From NCBI GenBank assembly GCA_904063045.1, contig CAJFCJ010000003.1, positions 1,612,001 through 1,676,000 of the forward strand: 64,000 bases of DNA. The letters run 5' to 3'. Positions 41,556 through 54,292 of this stretch are shown piece after piece (the stretch's first letter is position 1; the number at the start of each line of letters is the position of its first letter). This DNA is from Dimorphilus gyrociliatus (taxonomy: Eukaryota; Animalia; Annelida). The notes beneath the pieces were generated by a model. That model searched no databases and had not been told where the DNA came from. It saw only the letters and a list, made by a program, of their open reading frames with translations. Both the position numbers and the translations under genes were made by a program.

Positions 41556-43223
41556 CTATATACTCTTTTTAGAATTTAACTCAAGAACAGCCTGCTTCAA
41601 TATTTCCAACCAATTCTCTCCAAGTTTCATTGAACGAGCATAATTTTTTGCTGATCTTAACTTTGCCGTTGTCTCCATTATCGGAGCTCTCAAACCAATA
41701 CTTTCAATAACTTCTGGAAATTTTGCTGGTGAAGCAGTCGCTATAGCAACTTGCGGATGCTTGCTATAAAAGCAGGGAAGCATATTAAAAAATTTGGATT
41801 TTGTCACAGATAAGAAATAATATAGATAGGCACCTTCTATTTTGCAAACAATACCAAACAGCCGTGGCAGTATGAGGACAAATTAGGTAATTATATCTAT
41901 CATGTACCTCCTGTATGCAGCTCAATATATTCGAATTACTAGCTGTCGAGGTTAGAAATACTTTTTGCATCTGGAAAGAAGTTTCAAATTTATCTCTAAA
42001 TAGAAAACATTGAGCTTTTAAATGATAAATCATACCCTTTCCAAAATACAACTAGGAATTGTTGTTTTTCCTTTGGATTCAAACTCAGTCATTAATTTTG
42101 TTACAAGTTTAGTATCCCTATTGGAGAGCAAATATATAATTCGCTCAATATTGTAAGGAAAGGATATATCCATAGATGGGGCTGGCGTCATAATAATTTC
42201 GTCCATTACGACCAAGTCTCCCGTTTTTATACATTTGGCTGTAATGTCATTTTCATTCGTACAGGCTACTAAATTAATTGGTAAACCCATTTGCTGAGCT
42301 ATAAATCCGCCAGTAATATTACCCATCGCGCCATTTGGGACAGCAATCTCAACAGTTTCATCAACGTTCTTCGCAACCTTAAAATACGCATAAAAATAGT
42401 GGACAACTTGAACCATAATTCGGATCCAATTTATAGAATTCATACTGCATAAGCTATTTTCTTCAACAAATTTAACATCTCCAAAGCATTCTTTGATTGG
42501 TCTATCAAGGTCATCAGAAGTCCCCTCCACTTCAAACACCAAAACGTTCTTTTCATTAACTGAAGTCATTTGTAGTGCTTGCAGAGGAGAACATTTGCCT
42601 TTCGGTAATAGAACAATTATATTGATATTAGATAAACCTTTGACTGCCTCTATTGCAGAGCTTCCTGTATCTCCAGATGTTCCTATAACAAAATATTAAA
42701 AATAATGGTTATAAAACATGATGCATCTAATCTTGTTATAATCGTACCAACAAGAACTGTCACAGTTTTCTCATTACGCGCTAAAAAATATTGCATCATT
42801 TGTCCCAAAATTCTCATCGCTAAATCCTTAAAAGCTAATGTTGGTCCATGAAATAGCTCCATTATATGTATGTTGTCAAAACTTGCCATCTCAACAATAT
42901 TATCTTTAGCAAAATTTCCCCAACTTTTTCTTAGAATTCCTATTTAAAAGAATATTGTATATTCTGAAAGAATATTAAAAAATAACTTTGGTTAATAGAC
43001 CTTTCAATACTTCTTTTGGTATTTGATCATTTTCGACATAATAACTCAAAATTTCTTCAGCCAATTCTACATAAGATAAATTTCTTAACAATTCTAAATT
43101 TTCTTTTGTAAGCTTTGGTATAAAATTAGGTAGGAATATGCCTCCATCTAAAGCATATCCTGAAAATACAGTCTGCTCTAGTGAAACATCTTTTACAATC
43201 CCCCTAGTACTGGAAAATTTCAT
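41556..43223 (-). CDS. THNSL2: Threonine synthase-like 2 (PLP fold type II), multi-exon
   Basis: MKFSSTRG...VFSGYALDGGIFLP; PLP-lysine motif ELFHGPTLAFKDLAM; VG|TSGDTGSSAIEAV; NSINWIRIMVQVVHYFYAY; VPNGAMGN; SMDISFPYNIER; CPHTATAV; ATASPAKFPE. Confidence 0.95.
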
Positions 43224-43376
43224 TTTTGCCGTCAAAAAACAATCTTTTTTGAGAAAATGTTGAAATTTGATCTAAATCAGACCATATAAAAAGTAAACTT
43301 TGAAACTTCTCAGATAAGCCTTTTTATATTATAATTTTTTCAATATTACATTGCTACCAGCAGTTAGAAATCGATA
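43224..43376. promoter_or_regulatory. Putative bidirectional promoter of THNSL2 and threonine aldolase
   Basis: 153 nt between divergent ATGs at 43223 (-) and 43377 (+). Confidence 0.75.
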
Positions 43377-44550
43377 ATGTACAAGTTGAAAATAGTCAGG
43401 AGTAGTTTACGGCTCTTTTCTTCAGTAAGAACAATTGATTTTAGAAGTGATGTTCTTAGTAAACCCACTCCTGCAATGCGGGAGGCAATGGCTTTGGCAG
43501 TTGTTGGAGATGATGTATTTGACGAGTGTACAACGGTCAAAGAATTGGAAAATAATGTGGCTGAAATGTTTGGAAAGCAAAAAGGAGCATTCGTTTGCTC
43601 GGGAACAATGGGTAACTTAGCTAGTGTTTTGGCTCATTGCGATGAAAGGGGTCAGGAAGTTATTTTGGGCGATAAATCGCATATATGCCTTTATGAACAG
43701 GGTGGAATTTCAACCCTTGGAGGTGTTCATAGTCGACAATTAAATAATTTTTCTGATGGGTCATTTGATATTAGTAACCTTCGAAATGTAATTCGCCCTC
43801 TTTATGATCCTCATCAGCCTCACACAAAGCTAATTTGTATAGAAAATAGCCACAATTTTTGTGCCGGTGCCGTTGTTCCCGAAAAATTTATAAGAGATGT
43901 ACGATCAGTTTGTGACGAATACAATTTGTCTTTACATTTGGATGGTGCCAGAATTTTCAATGCGGCTGTAGCTGAAGGAAAAAGTGTAAAAGAACTGTGT
44001 AAAGAATTTGATACAGCCAGCATTTGTTTGTCAAAAGGCGTTGGTGCTCCAGTTGGGACAGTTGTAGTTGGAGATGAGAAATTTATATGGAAGTAAGTCA
44101 TAATTGTCGCTTATAGTTCATAATAATAGTATCTACAAGTGTTTTCTCGAATAAAGGATTAAGCGATTGAGGAAAGTTCTCGGCGGAGGTTGGCGTCAGC
44201 CAGGACATTTGGCCGCGGCTTGTCAGGTGGGATTAAACGATGTTTACTCGCGATTAGCTGCCGACCATAGGAGAGCTAAGAGATTAGGAGAAGCTTTTGA
44301 AAATTGTGGCAAAGACCTCTTTAAAGTTAAACCAATTCAAACGAATATCATTTATATAGAAGTGATTAAGGATGGAATAACGGCTAAAGACTTGAGTGAC
44401 TATTTAGCAGAGGTTCGTATTGGGATTAAGATAATTGCTAATCCATCCAGATTTTCTAATAAAATTCTACGGATGTGCCTTCACTCGTCAATAACAAATG
44501 ATATGATTGATCAAACAATAGAACGTTTATATTGTTTCTGTAATGCATAA
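43377..44550 (+). CDS. THA1: Low-specificity L-threonine aldolase (GLY1/Tha1 family) with a putative mitochondrial targeting peptide
   Basis: IDFRSDVLSKPT, ENSHN, HLDGARIFNA, PLP lysine in CLSKGVGAPVG, RKVLGGGWRQ; intron 44095-44156. N-terminus MYKLKIVRSSLRLFSSVR is Arg/Ser-rich with no acidic residues. Confidence 0.95.
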
Positions 44551-44710
44551 TTATACAGTTGTAAGCCTACTATTCGTAGTGTTTTCAACCGTAAGATGGC
44601 ATCATTCTTGAGAAATAAGTTGTATACTGCAAATTTGTACAGTACTTATCATTATAAATATACAGTATGTATTATATTATTTTATAATTATACGAAAAAA
44701 TATAAAACAG

Positions 44711-44848
44711 GGGCCTCAGCCAGTTATGTCAGCACCTTTTAGTGAAACACTCTTACGTTTCGTCACGTATAGTGATATTGATGATGAAATGGTGAATACT
44801 ACGGAGAGGAAGATGGCTATTGTTTGTGAAAAGCTTGCAAAAGGATAA
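44711..44848 (+). CDS. THA1: Alternative (duplicated) terminal exon of threonine aldolase
   Basis: Acceptor aaacag|GGG at 44710/44711 opens a phase-0 exon GPQPVMSAPFSETLLRFVTYSDIDDEMVNTTERKMAIVCEKLAKG*. This matches the aldolase C-terminal RFVTHxDI motif and fits the donor GCAGAG|GTTCGT at 44412/44413. AATAAA at 44893. Confidence 0.75.
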   Translation, partial: GPQPVMSAPFSETLLRFVTYSDIDDEMVNTTERKMAIVCEKLAKG

Positions 44849-44957
44849 ATAACTTCAAAGTCTAAGTAGTTCTATTTGATATTCTGTATTAGAATAAAGT
44901 TGATCAATAATACAAGTAGACAAAGTATTAACAAAATTATTTAATAAGTTCTGAGAA

Positions 44958-45109
44958 GCGCCATCTGTTGGCTAAGTAGTTTGATAGTCTAATACATTAA
45001 AAATATGAATATTTTTGAAATATATGAATAGAGAAATTTTGTCAAATGTTTACTATAAAATTTACTACAGTAGAATCCGCATGTGCCGAAATTCATCACT
45101 AGGTGGCAG
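44958..45109. promoter_or_regulatory. Pair of oppositely oriented CTCF-like motifs
   Basis: GCGCCATCTGTTGG at 44958-44971 and TCACTAGGTGGCAG at 45096-45109. Confidence 0.55.
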
Positions 45110-46888
45110 CGCTTGCAAATAGAAACGATAAATACTACTTAAATTGGATTTGAGAGCGACAGGAGTAGTATAGTATTTCTTCAACATTTTTCCATCCTCC
45201 TAATTGTATAATTGGATGTAAGTAATAGCTTTAGTGGTGTATTTCGTCAAAAAGTGAGTTATTTGTTTTTGAAAGGCTTATTTGTTCTAGTTATACATAT
45301 ATCTTACACGCGAATCTTATGAAGATCGATGAGCGATAGGTGGAAAGAGGAAAACGACAATACCTAAATAGAAGTAATCTATATTACAGTTTATCTTGAA
45401 AAACGTCCAATACGACAGAAATCGTGAACAGTATACAGTATGTCTAGTGCGGATGAATCTAATATAATGAGTATGTAACAGATGGCCTATTATGGTAAAG
45501 GTAACTTTAAAAAAAGCAAACTCCTGAATATCAATGTTTATTTAACGTAGTTTTTTCTTCATGTGGGAAAAAACTGCTTTATTTGCTCTTATATTCTATA
45601 TTAGCAGTCAATTATGCCAACAGTTTAAAGTTAGTCTTCGAGCTGTTATTATATAGGATTGCTGAAACGTTGAAATAAGGAGTAATTGAAAAATATTAGG
45701 TAAGATAGCTATCCAGCAATCGCCATACATTATCCTCTTAATCCCCACCGAAATATATTGTTTCAATAATTGAAACGATACCAGCAAGCCAGTGTATCCA
45801 GTATTTATTTTGCAGCAGCAATTTTCGTGTTGTGATCGAATAGTAATTGCAGATAAAAAGTAGCAATGTTTAACGCAAGAAAGGGTTGAATGATCATATA
45901 TAAAAGCAGACAATCAAACAGCAACGATTGATTTAGTTCGTTGCATGCTTTATTTTTTCGCGTCTGCTTGAAGACTCTTAAAATGTTGCTGGAAATTTAC
46001 ATGAAACTAGCCACTTAAATATTTGCCTATGATAAATGAACAAAAAAGAGTAACTTCCTTTTATATTCTATGTTAATTGTTTAAGATCAACAAAAAATTC
46101 ACGAACATTAACGAATCGTGCTCCTGTCCTGATTAATGATATTCTATTCTTTCTCTTTAATTATTTTATACCTCTTACAAACTAATACCTTACTTTAAAA
46201 TCTATTATGCTTGATTATAAATGAAGATAGATTTTGGATTCAATAAATTGACGATGAAAAAAATCTACTATTTATTATAGATATTACAAAAGTACGTTAG
46301 ATTGAAAAATGAGAATCATGTTACTTGTCTGATAATGCCTTGAATAACATTATAAACGTTTATATATTAATCTTATAAAATACATACAAATTATATTAAA
46401 TCATAGATATTCTGCGGGAAACTAATTTATTACACACGTATTGTAAATGAACAATTGATTTATATAGAAGAAAAGTATTATCCAAAATTTGCTCATAAGA
46501 GTGTCAAGAGAGTTTTTAAATCCTTTAAAAAAGAAAAGTATATTTATCAAAGTTTTGTTTTCTTTTTTCTTAAGAAGAAATAATTAAAGGCTAAAAATAC
46601 TTTTATTCATAGAAATTCATTCAAATTCAAAAATTATTTAATAGAAAATTACATTCTATAAATAATTTTTTGGATTTTATTGAATAAAGAGTACACCCTT
46701 TAATGCTCTCTTCAGTTTTACCCTTTAAGGCCAAGATATTTGATATAGTCTATTAATCTTAGATTATTTTATAGAAGAAAGCGTAGTGTACCCTATATTG
46801 TATAGAGACTTTTCCTCTCTCTTTCCTTTCATTTCCTTCGGAGGTCGGAAATTTTATATTAGCGTATACGCAGGCGTCGAACATTCGA

Positions 46889-46902
46889 CACCTAGGGGGC
46901 GC
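46889..46902. promoter_or_regulatory. CTCF-like motif in a GC-rich patch upstream of the SUEL/CUB-like gene
   Basis: CACCTAGGGGGCGC; CCAAT nearby at ~46931. Confidence 0.5.
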
Positions 46903-47179
46903 GAACCGAATAGCATCGCCGCCTGTTCGGCCAATAAAGCAGATCAACACTAATGAAAAATTCACACTCTCTGCAGCAAACTCAACTAAATCACTTCTTA
47001 GACTGTGCATCTCTAGCGTCTGGTATCTCAGCCGTCTTTGGACATTTAAGAAACGCCTCTTAGTCATTTTGTCACAACCCAAGCTTTATGTGCTGTTTCA
47101 GCTTTAAACAGGTAAGAAACAAATAGCACCTCTTGTATAATTTTATTACTTTTTGTTTCATAATGAAGTACTTTCCGTA

Positions 47180-48952
47180 ATGAATCAAATAGCAACTTTT
47201 CTTCTCTGCACTGCAGCAGTTTTTGGAAAACGTCTCGGTAAATAACAACCCGCTCTTACAAATAAAAACCATAAATCTCCTTTCAGAAATTTGCATACAG
47301 GATAAATTTGAAGAAGAGTGCCATAATGGAATTTTAATAGTTACTAAAGCATGGTATGGTCGAATGAATTCCAAATCAATGTGCCTAAACAATCAAGATG
47401 TTTCTCTATCCCCTGATAAGTTATGTAAGAAAGATGTCACTAAGCCTCTTCAAACAGATTGTAACGGAAGAAAGCTATGTAGTATTCCTGTTTACAAATT
47501 AGTTCAGTATGAACAGTGCTCAGGTGTCCTGGGTTATTTGGAGCTCTTTTATTATTGCCAGGAAGGTTAGTAAATTCGCTTAACAGGGCCACCAATCGCC
47601 TTTGGGCGTCCATTATTGTAAACAGTTTAAAACGACAAGCGATCTAAAATGCTGAAACCGCCGTCGCCATAATTAACACTTAAAAAAGCAATTAAGTACA
47701 CGTGAACTTACGTATTGTTTGCCTTTTGTTTTTATGCGTTAATCACAATGCTACAGTACTTATTTACATCTAAATCGTTTCTAACGCATCACTGAAACAA
47801 TTTTGTCCGGAGGAAATATTGAGAGTGTATGGGAAAGTGGAGGTAGGAATAAAATTAGCTGTCTGAGATTCCATTTAAATTCTTTCTTGAAGTAATAAAC
47901 ATGAATAGCTTGATATTATTGATATATATTAAAAGGAAAATAAATATCCCAAATGAATTTAATTAAATGACGATAAAAATTTTTTATTATTTCTGTCATA
48001 TTATTTAAAGCGAATATATTATGCTAATTGTCTGCCACACTAATAGCTTAAGTGTATTTTATAGTGTATTAACATTACTATGACCTACAGATATTTTCTG
48101 TTTCTTTCGCATAGTTATGCAGAATTGCGAATCAATGTTATCGACCGGAGCTTTCTCTTCCTTACTGTCAACGTGCCCTTGGCGAATACGAACAACTAAC
48201 CGGAAACGAATTTCGGCAAACATGTACATTTGGGGTCAAAATGCTTCTGACTGCGTAAACGTTAGACTAGTAGACGGTGGTCAGACTAAAAACGTTAAAG
48301 TTTGCTCGACAAACAACAAACCCGATTTTGTATACAATACTACGAGCAACGAACTGGAAGTGAATTTGCTGCCGCCCAGAAAGGGTCTTTTTCTCAATTA
48401 TACTACTATAAGCTGTGAAGAGTTTAAGCCTGACGAACTAGTAGAAATTGTATCTGAAACATACACAGAAGTAGTCTTAAAATGCAAAAATAAAAATTCA
48501 AGTTGGAAAGCGACGTGTGAGGGGGAGAAGTGGGTGGAGGACAAAGGCAGGGATACCTGTAAAATTAGTTCGCCTAAATCATCTTTTTGGTACCAAGTAA
48601 AATGGGGTGTGATTAAAATGCCATACGGTAACAAAGTGTACAATTGTCAAATATAACAAAGCTTATTAATAGGTTTGTTTCGATACATTTCAGGGGTGTG
48701 GATTATTGTAATAATGTTGGTGGCTATAATCATAAGTGCTACAATATTAATTGTCGGTTGCATGTTTTTAAAAAGGTTTGTGAAACATTTTACTACACAT
48801 TTCAAAGGATAAAGTCCATTAGATAAACTGTAGAAATAATTTCTAACTAATAACAATTGTATATTCTTTTTATTTTAATTCCTTTTAGATCAATTCCAGT
48901 ATCAAGCAGCTTATACCAAAAATCAGCAACAATAAACATTCCAAGATTATAG
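47180..48952 (+). CDS. Type I membrane protein: SUEL/gal-lectin-like, CUB-like and sushi-like domains; ~5 coding exons
   Basis: Signal MNQIATFLLCTAAVFG (intron 47238-47286). Lectin-like AWYGRM...C...DVTKPLQTDCNGRKLCSIPV...YLELFYYC. CUB-like CPWRIRT...FVYNTTSNELEVNL...LFLNYT. Sushi-like C...VVLKC...WKATCEGEKW...C. TM VWIIVIMLVAIIISATILIVGCMFL; short tail ending NIPRL*. Confidence 0.78.
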
Positions 48953-51619
48953 AACTTATAAGACTGATGATATTCTCGTTATTTTTTATAATTTTTCGAT
49001 GATAATACCTCTGGAAAATAATGCAGGATAATAAATAATAGAAAGAGAGCCATAGCTCGTATACTACTTGAAAAATCTATACAGTTTGACTCCTTGTCTG
49101 GCTGTATAGTTTATCAAATAAGTTTTCGTGTTTTCTATTAACAAAGTTATTTTCATTGAATAACATTTCCTATGGACCACAAAGTGCGTGCCATAAATGA
49201 AAATTTATTTATCCCTACAAACATAAATAAGATGTATGACATCTTTGTTATGCAACTGTAAAAAGTTTATAAATCTTTTTAGTATATTGACATCTGGTAT
49301 TGTGTGGTTTGTCAACAGGTTAATAATATTCGAATTTTCGTAGCACAAGCGAGTTCGTTTTATTATAGAATGACAGATGGCAGAGGAACAGATTGCATCA
49401 TAGCTAACCTTCGTCGACTTATTGATTTTACAAGATTATATATAAGATAGAAAGTAAAAAGAAAGCATGACAAAAAATGTTGTCAGAAATTTTTGATAAA
49501 AGAACTATTATATTAGAGTTGAGTATCAAAAATGGCATAGAGAAATTCATTTGGGGGAAAATTCATTACCATATCACGTTCGCACACGCTTTTTTCTCAT
49601 CTCATATTTTAACTGATGTTTGTTTCAACATGAGTTCTAAAAAGCTTTAAAAATATGAAATTAATTATAGGGTTAAGAAAATTTGAACATTTATTGAAAT
49701 TTTCTTGACAGAAAGGATTGTGACGCTAAATCGTATAAATTATGTACTCGCTTTTAAAATTAAAAGAATTTTCTAACTGCTATAATTCTCTAGGAGAATT
49801 TACATTAGCAAAGAAAGAGTCCTCCGAGATGTTTTTATGTTTAAAAAATTATTGATAAATATGAGTTACATACTGTTTTCTCTGAGCTATATTTTACGGA
49901 AAGAAGCAAAAACTACACTTATTCAAATTTCTCACTTTGTACTATATGCAACAAAACTCTAATAAGACACAAAAATACTCAAATCCGTTAATGGCTTATT
50001 CAAATGCTTTTACTATTTTATTTTGAAACTGGCCATCAACGAATAGAGTAAGAAAAATGAACCCGAAAGATCGCCATCATAAACTTTCACGAAAAACAAA
50101 GAAGCTAAGGTATCGAGCGAGGAGTTCAGAGAAGTCTGCAAAAGCACGCCAACGTCTAAACTGGAAGTGGTTATATTGCTATTAGTAAAATAATTTGATC
50201 ATCTAATTTCATATTCAAATGGGGCTAATTACCTGTCTCAAGCAAAGTAGTGGGGATCCTTTTTTGCTTGGCAAATAACTTGTCGAAGTTTCTTCCTTGT
50301 ATCGGACATTCCAGGTCTATAAGACTCCTGTTAGAAAAATATAATAGAGATGAAAGAGTGCTAACGAAGCAACGACAGTAAAGCACAAAGGAAAAAAGCT
50401 GCCAAGCGCATGTAAACTAACAAAGCAAATTTTTTCTACTCCATTCGATTACAAGAAACCTCATTTTTAACGAAATGAGTTTTTTTTTTAGAGAAAATAT
50501 GTTTTATTTATACAGTGCTAACTTTTAAAGGCAATCGAAAAGAATATACAGTTCTCTCAATCAATTTTTAAAATTGTTTTTCTCCTTAGAACCTTAATAT
50601 TATCATTTTTCAATAAGTTAATTGGAGTTAAATCTAGTTACTGAGATTCCTTGAAGAGATTATAGCTAAAAAAACGGTACTGGTTTTTGAAGGACAAATA
50701 AAACCAGTCACGTCTCTGAATGAACTCGGTTGGCTCCATTTTTTTCATATTTCAAAGGTGTAATTGGCCTTCCATCACTTTTCGTTCACTTTTTAATTAC
50801 AATTCCCTTGTTTTATATTGTAATATTTAGAGTTTTGAATCATTGAAATTAATCAGTGTTTTCATGGAATCAGCAACGTAAAAAGTAAATGGACTTCCTT
50901 ATCTTTATCATTTCTTTTTATTGATATTTTTGAGTAACGGAGCAGAAGATTCAATATTGACATAAAGCTAATCTATTTTAAATTTGATTTTTAAGGTTTA
51001 AATAAGCAAACAATTATAATTTTTATTTATATATAATCTAACTCATATTTCGATAGTTAAATAGATTTAAATACTCAATTTCTATTGGAATTGATCATAA
51101 TTGTGAATGAATCTTGGTATTTTCACCATTACGAAGAAGATATGCTATATGTTTTGACACGAAAGCTATATAGCAGAACACTAGCATTAGCACTTAAAAC
51201 ATTTATTATTCGGCGTTTTATCTATAATTATGCAGGTGTTAATTATTACACAGGCAATATAATATATCGTATAAATGTAGCACTATATAATTGTGCGCCC
51301 CATATATTCATCTCAAATAAGTTGTCTATATATAGTATGTATCGTAACTATTGATAGATAAATGTACAGTGTCTTTGTACTAGTTAAGAACTGGGAAAGG
51401 TAACTAATGTAACACTCGACTCTGTATAATGTATTATTCGATCAACTCCCCAAACAGTTTGTCCCAGCTGAACTTGAAATTTCCCCAAATGTATATAACA
51501 TCCAATTACACTTCTCTATTTGCAGCTCGCCCCAAATAATAAATCCACATTCTCTAGCTAACTTTTCCCATAAGTCCCCAGCCATAATAGTATTTTCATG
51601 AATGAGTCATGCGAGAAAG

Positions 51620-52350
51620 TTAAAGAAAAATAAATAAACTTACCGCAAAACTCTTATTGTTGGTGGTACCACGAGAAGGCGGAGGTAAAGATGAACCCCT
51701 GTAATACCGTGTTGGCCTCCGAGGATCCAAAGACGGCATCCGCTGAGCCAACTCATCAAATTTAAACTCGACCTCATATTCCACAGCATTTTCAGGACCA
51801 AAGGAAATTGGTAAATAGCGGTCCAACATTGTTTTGTGCAAATGCATTTTGTTCTTAGCATCAGTCGCTCGATTTCTTAGTGATTCATAAGATGAAGGCG
51901 GTCTTTCCAATTCTACATCTGAAGAATTGCGGTAGGAAGAGTCCTACAAAGCAGATAATTTCAATAATTCGCTACAAGGCTTAGAAAGAATTTCTCTAAA
52001 TAAAATAAGCATTGAATGGAATGATTTGCTTATATCTGATTTGACTAGCTTAAAGTAATTTCAAAATTGAAAATAATCTGTTATCTTTCTTACGTTAGAA
52101 ACGACTCGTAGACGAGCAACGGGCCCACCTGGCGGAAGCCCTTGGTATCGTCGGGTCTTCGTCTATGAAATAATTTAAAAAATTTTAAATGAAAAGAATT
52201 TTATTTTATAAATTTGACAAAGAAACTTACAGCGGTTCCATAAGCCGGTACATGGGGTTGAATATAATTCGAAAGAGCCGGTGAACGCCTGTCGTTCGTT
52301 GGATAGCCCGAAACGGCTAGTTGCTGCTGTAGAAGTAATGGTGACCGCAT
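51620..52350 (-). CDS. Orphan Arg/Ser/Pro/Tyr-rich protein (3 exons joined in frame; termini uncertain)
   Basis: MRSPLLLQQQ...PAYGTA|TKTRRYQGLPPGGPVARLRVVSN|DSSYRNSSDVELERPPSSYESLRNR...YRGSSLPPPSRG, with phase-0 GTAAG/TAG junctions. A GTAAGT donor at 51643 suggests a further 3' exon that I could not place. Confidence 0.6.
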
Positions 52351-53407
52351 TATAAAGCGAAAAAAACCAACTGCGAGAAAACGGTTGTTTGCACGACCTA
52401 CATTTTTAGAGAAGCGATCTTACACAGATGAAGGGGTTTTTAGTACTTGTTACTGGAGGTTAATAATTAAGCCTACCTCTATTTCAAATTTTCTTATCGA
52501 CCGTCTAGCGAGCCGTATTGCAGTGGCTGTCGATAGGGAGGCAGTACCCTCCTGTTTCGAACGTTTGTTTCATTGTTTTCAGTTTTTTCAAAAGTACTTA
52601 AAATATAGAAAAAGAAAGTTGGAGATGGCTAGCAAGGCAAACAACAGCTTGCGGAGGTTTGAAGCAAGTAAGCTTTGAAAATAAACATTGCCTCTAGAAA
52701 TGTGAGGTTGGTTTTAAGATTTCAAACGTAATAATTCTATTTCAGATAAAAACTTTTAAATGGAAACAATGACTTTCTTTAAAGAAAAGCTTTCAATCTA
52801 TATAAAACGTTCGAAGAAGTTGGTACAAAATATTTTTAAATTATTTAGTTCTTTAGTTGTTTTGATTACTTACATGATTTAAGATCGCTCAAAAAACAAA
52901 CTTATGGTTAGGAATAAGTAAGGAGACAAACTAGGCAGTTCGTTTTGGAAAAGCTATACTAGATACACAAACATGTTCAAACTTTTGTAGAAAAAGCAAA
53001 TAAAAACCAGTTATTATTTTAGAAATAATATAAAATCAGATTATATAAAAACATTTTAAATATTCTAAAAGTAAAAATATTGGATAGTTCCAAAACGACC
53101 TGCGGTGGTGGAGTTAAGGGGAAATTCGGAGAAGTAAATCAGGACATCCTGATTATAAGTAGGCAAAATGTATTTCTGTATTAAAAGCGCCATCTCACGA
53201 TTTGTTTGATGAAACTTTACCAAAGACAAGAAACCACAATCTCAAATGATCAAACAAATCGTTAGATGTATGACGTTTTCGTATTAATTGTAAATGGAAT
53301 AGGTCCAATGTGTTTACGCACGATTAAATTAAGTTGTAAAATGGGTTGAATTAGAGATCTATTTTATTCTGAGTTAACTTGGGTCGCAATATTAACAGCT
53401 GAATTTC

Positions 53408-54292
53408 TTATCTATTGAAAATCTCACCTCCACCACCGCGCAAACGTCGTCCGCTACTGTCATCTAAAAGATCTTCATAACCCGAAACCTTTGATCGGTT
53501 TTCATTGACTCTTCTATCTATCGGGGTGTAGGGCACGTAGGATGAAATTGGTCGTTGGAAAGGTTGTTCGACGTAGTTCAATTCCGTTACATATGATCTT
53601 GGCAGTAAATTTGCCCTTGCTTTTAGCATCAGCAATCGCTCTTCGAGAGTTGGTGGAGCGATTTCTTCTGTCTCCACTCTTTTTATTTTTCTTTTAGGAA
53701 TTATTGGCCGTTCCATAGTTGCATTTTCGTTACCCCGATTTGAAATTTTCTGTTTCTTCAAAAACTTCGGAAATCTTCGACCACTTTGAGTCCAAGCATT
53801 GTAGCCTGGCCTTATACCTTCGAGTTCTATTTTATACTATACGCGCCACATGAATAACGGATACACAGCAAAAAAGCAAAAGGAAGTTAGGGAAAGAAGC
53901 GGTTAAACTTACCATTTTATTCGTTATATCATTCAATAGTCTTTGATCTTGTCTTCTTGAAGAAATGTGTTCGGTTTCCATATCATCCACGCCTGCATGA
54001 GTTATTCTTGCAGCTCTTCGTGAAACTGAGTTTACGTCGTCAGTAGATTACAATAAACATATATTGAAATTTACCAGGAAAGTATCCGGGCGCTATATCT
54101 CCGTCATCATCGTCATCAATAACAAACTTTCTACGGACCACCGGAGAAGAATCGATTAATGAGTCGGCAAATCCAGTCCCAGGACTATAATAGTGATGAG
54201 CATAACTAAAACTTGAAGACTATTTAAAAAAAGACAATCTATTATTTCAGAAAATAGTCTTGAATCACTTTACTTACTCTTCCTCGAGCCAT
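53408..54292 (-). CDS. Orphan, largely disordered protein of ~235 aa; 4 exons
   Basis: MARGR|SSSFSYAHHYYSPGTG...GYFP|VSRRAARI...ITNKM|YKIELEGIRPG...GGGGEIFNR*. All three introns are GT-AG of ~55-75 nt and keep the frame. Confidence 0.7.

Noticed and set aside
45608-45913. 101-aa minus-strand ORF with a CCC run
   Set aside because: Non-ATG start, no motif, hydrophobic fragments spread over several frames; treated as spurious or an unidentifiable relic.
46759-47392. Minus-strand ORFs of 106-107 aa
   Set aside because: Antisense to, or overlapping, the promoter and first exons of the SUEL/CUB-like gene; no domain signal.
50010-50411. Possible small secreted peptide gene MRLAAFFLCALLSLL... on the minus strand
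   Set aside because: The best splice sites give a 38-nt intron and an in-frame TAG; alternative sites are weak. Not supportable without RNA data.
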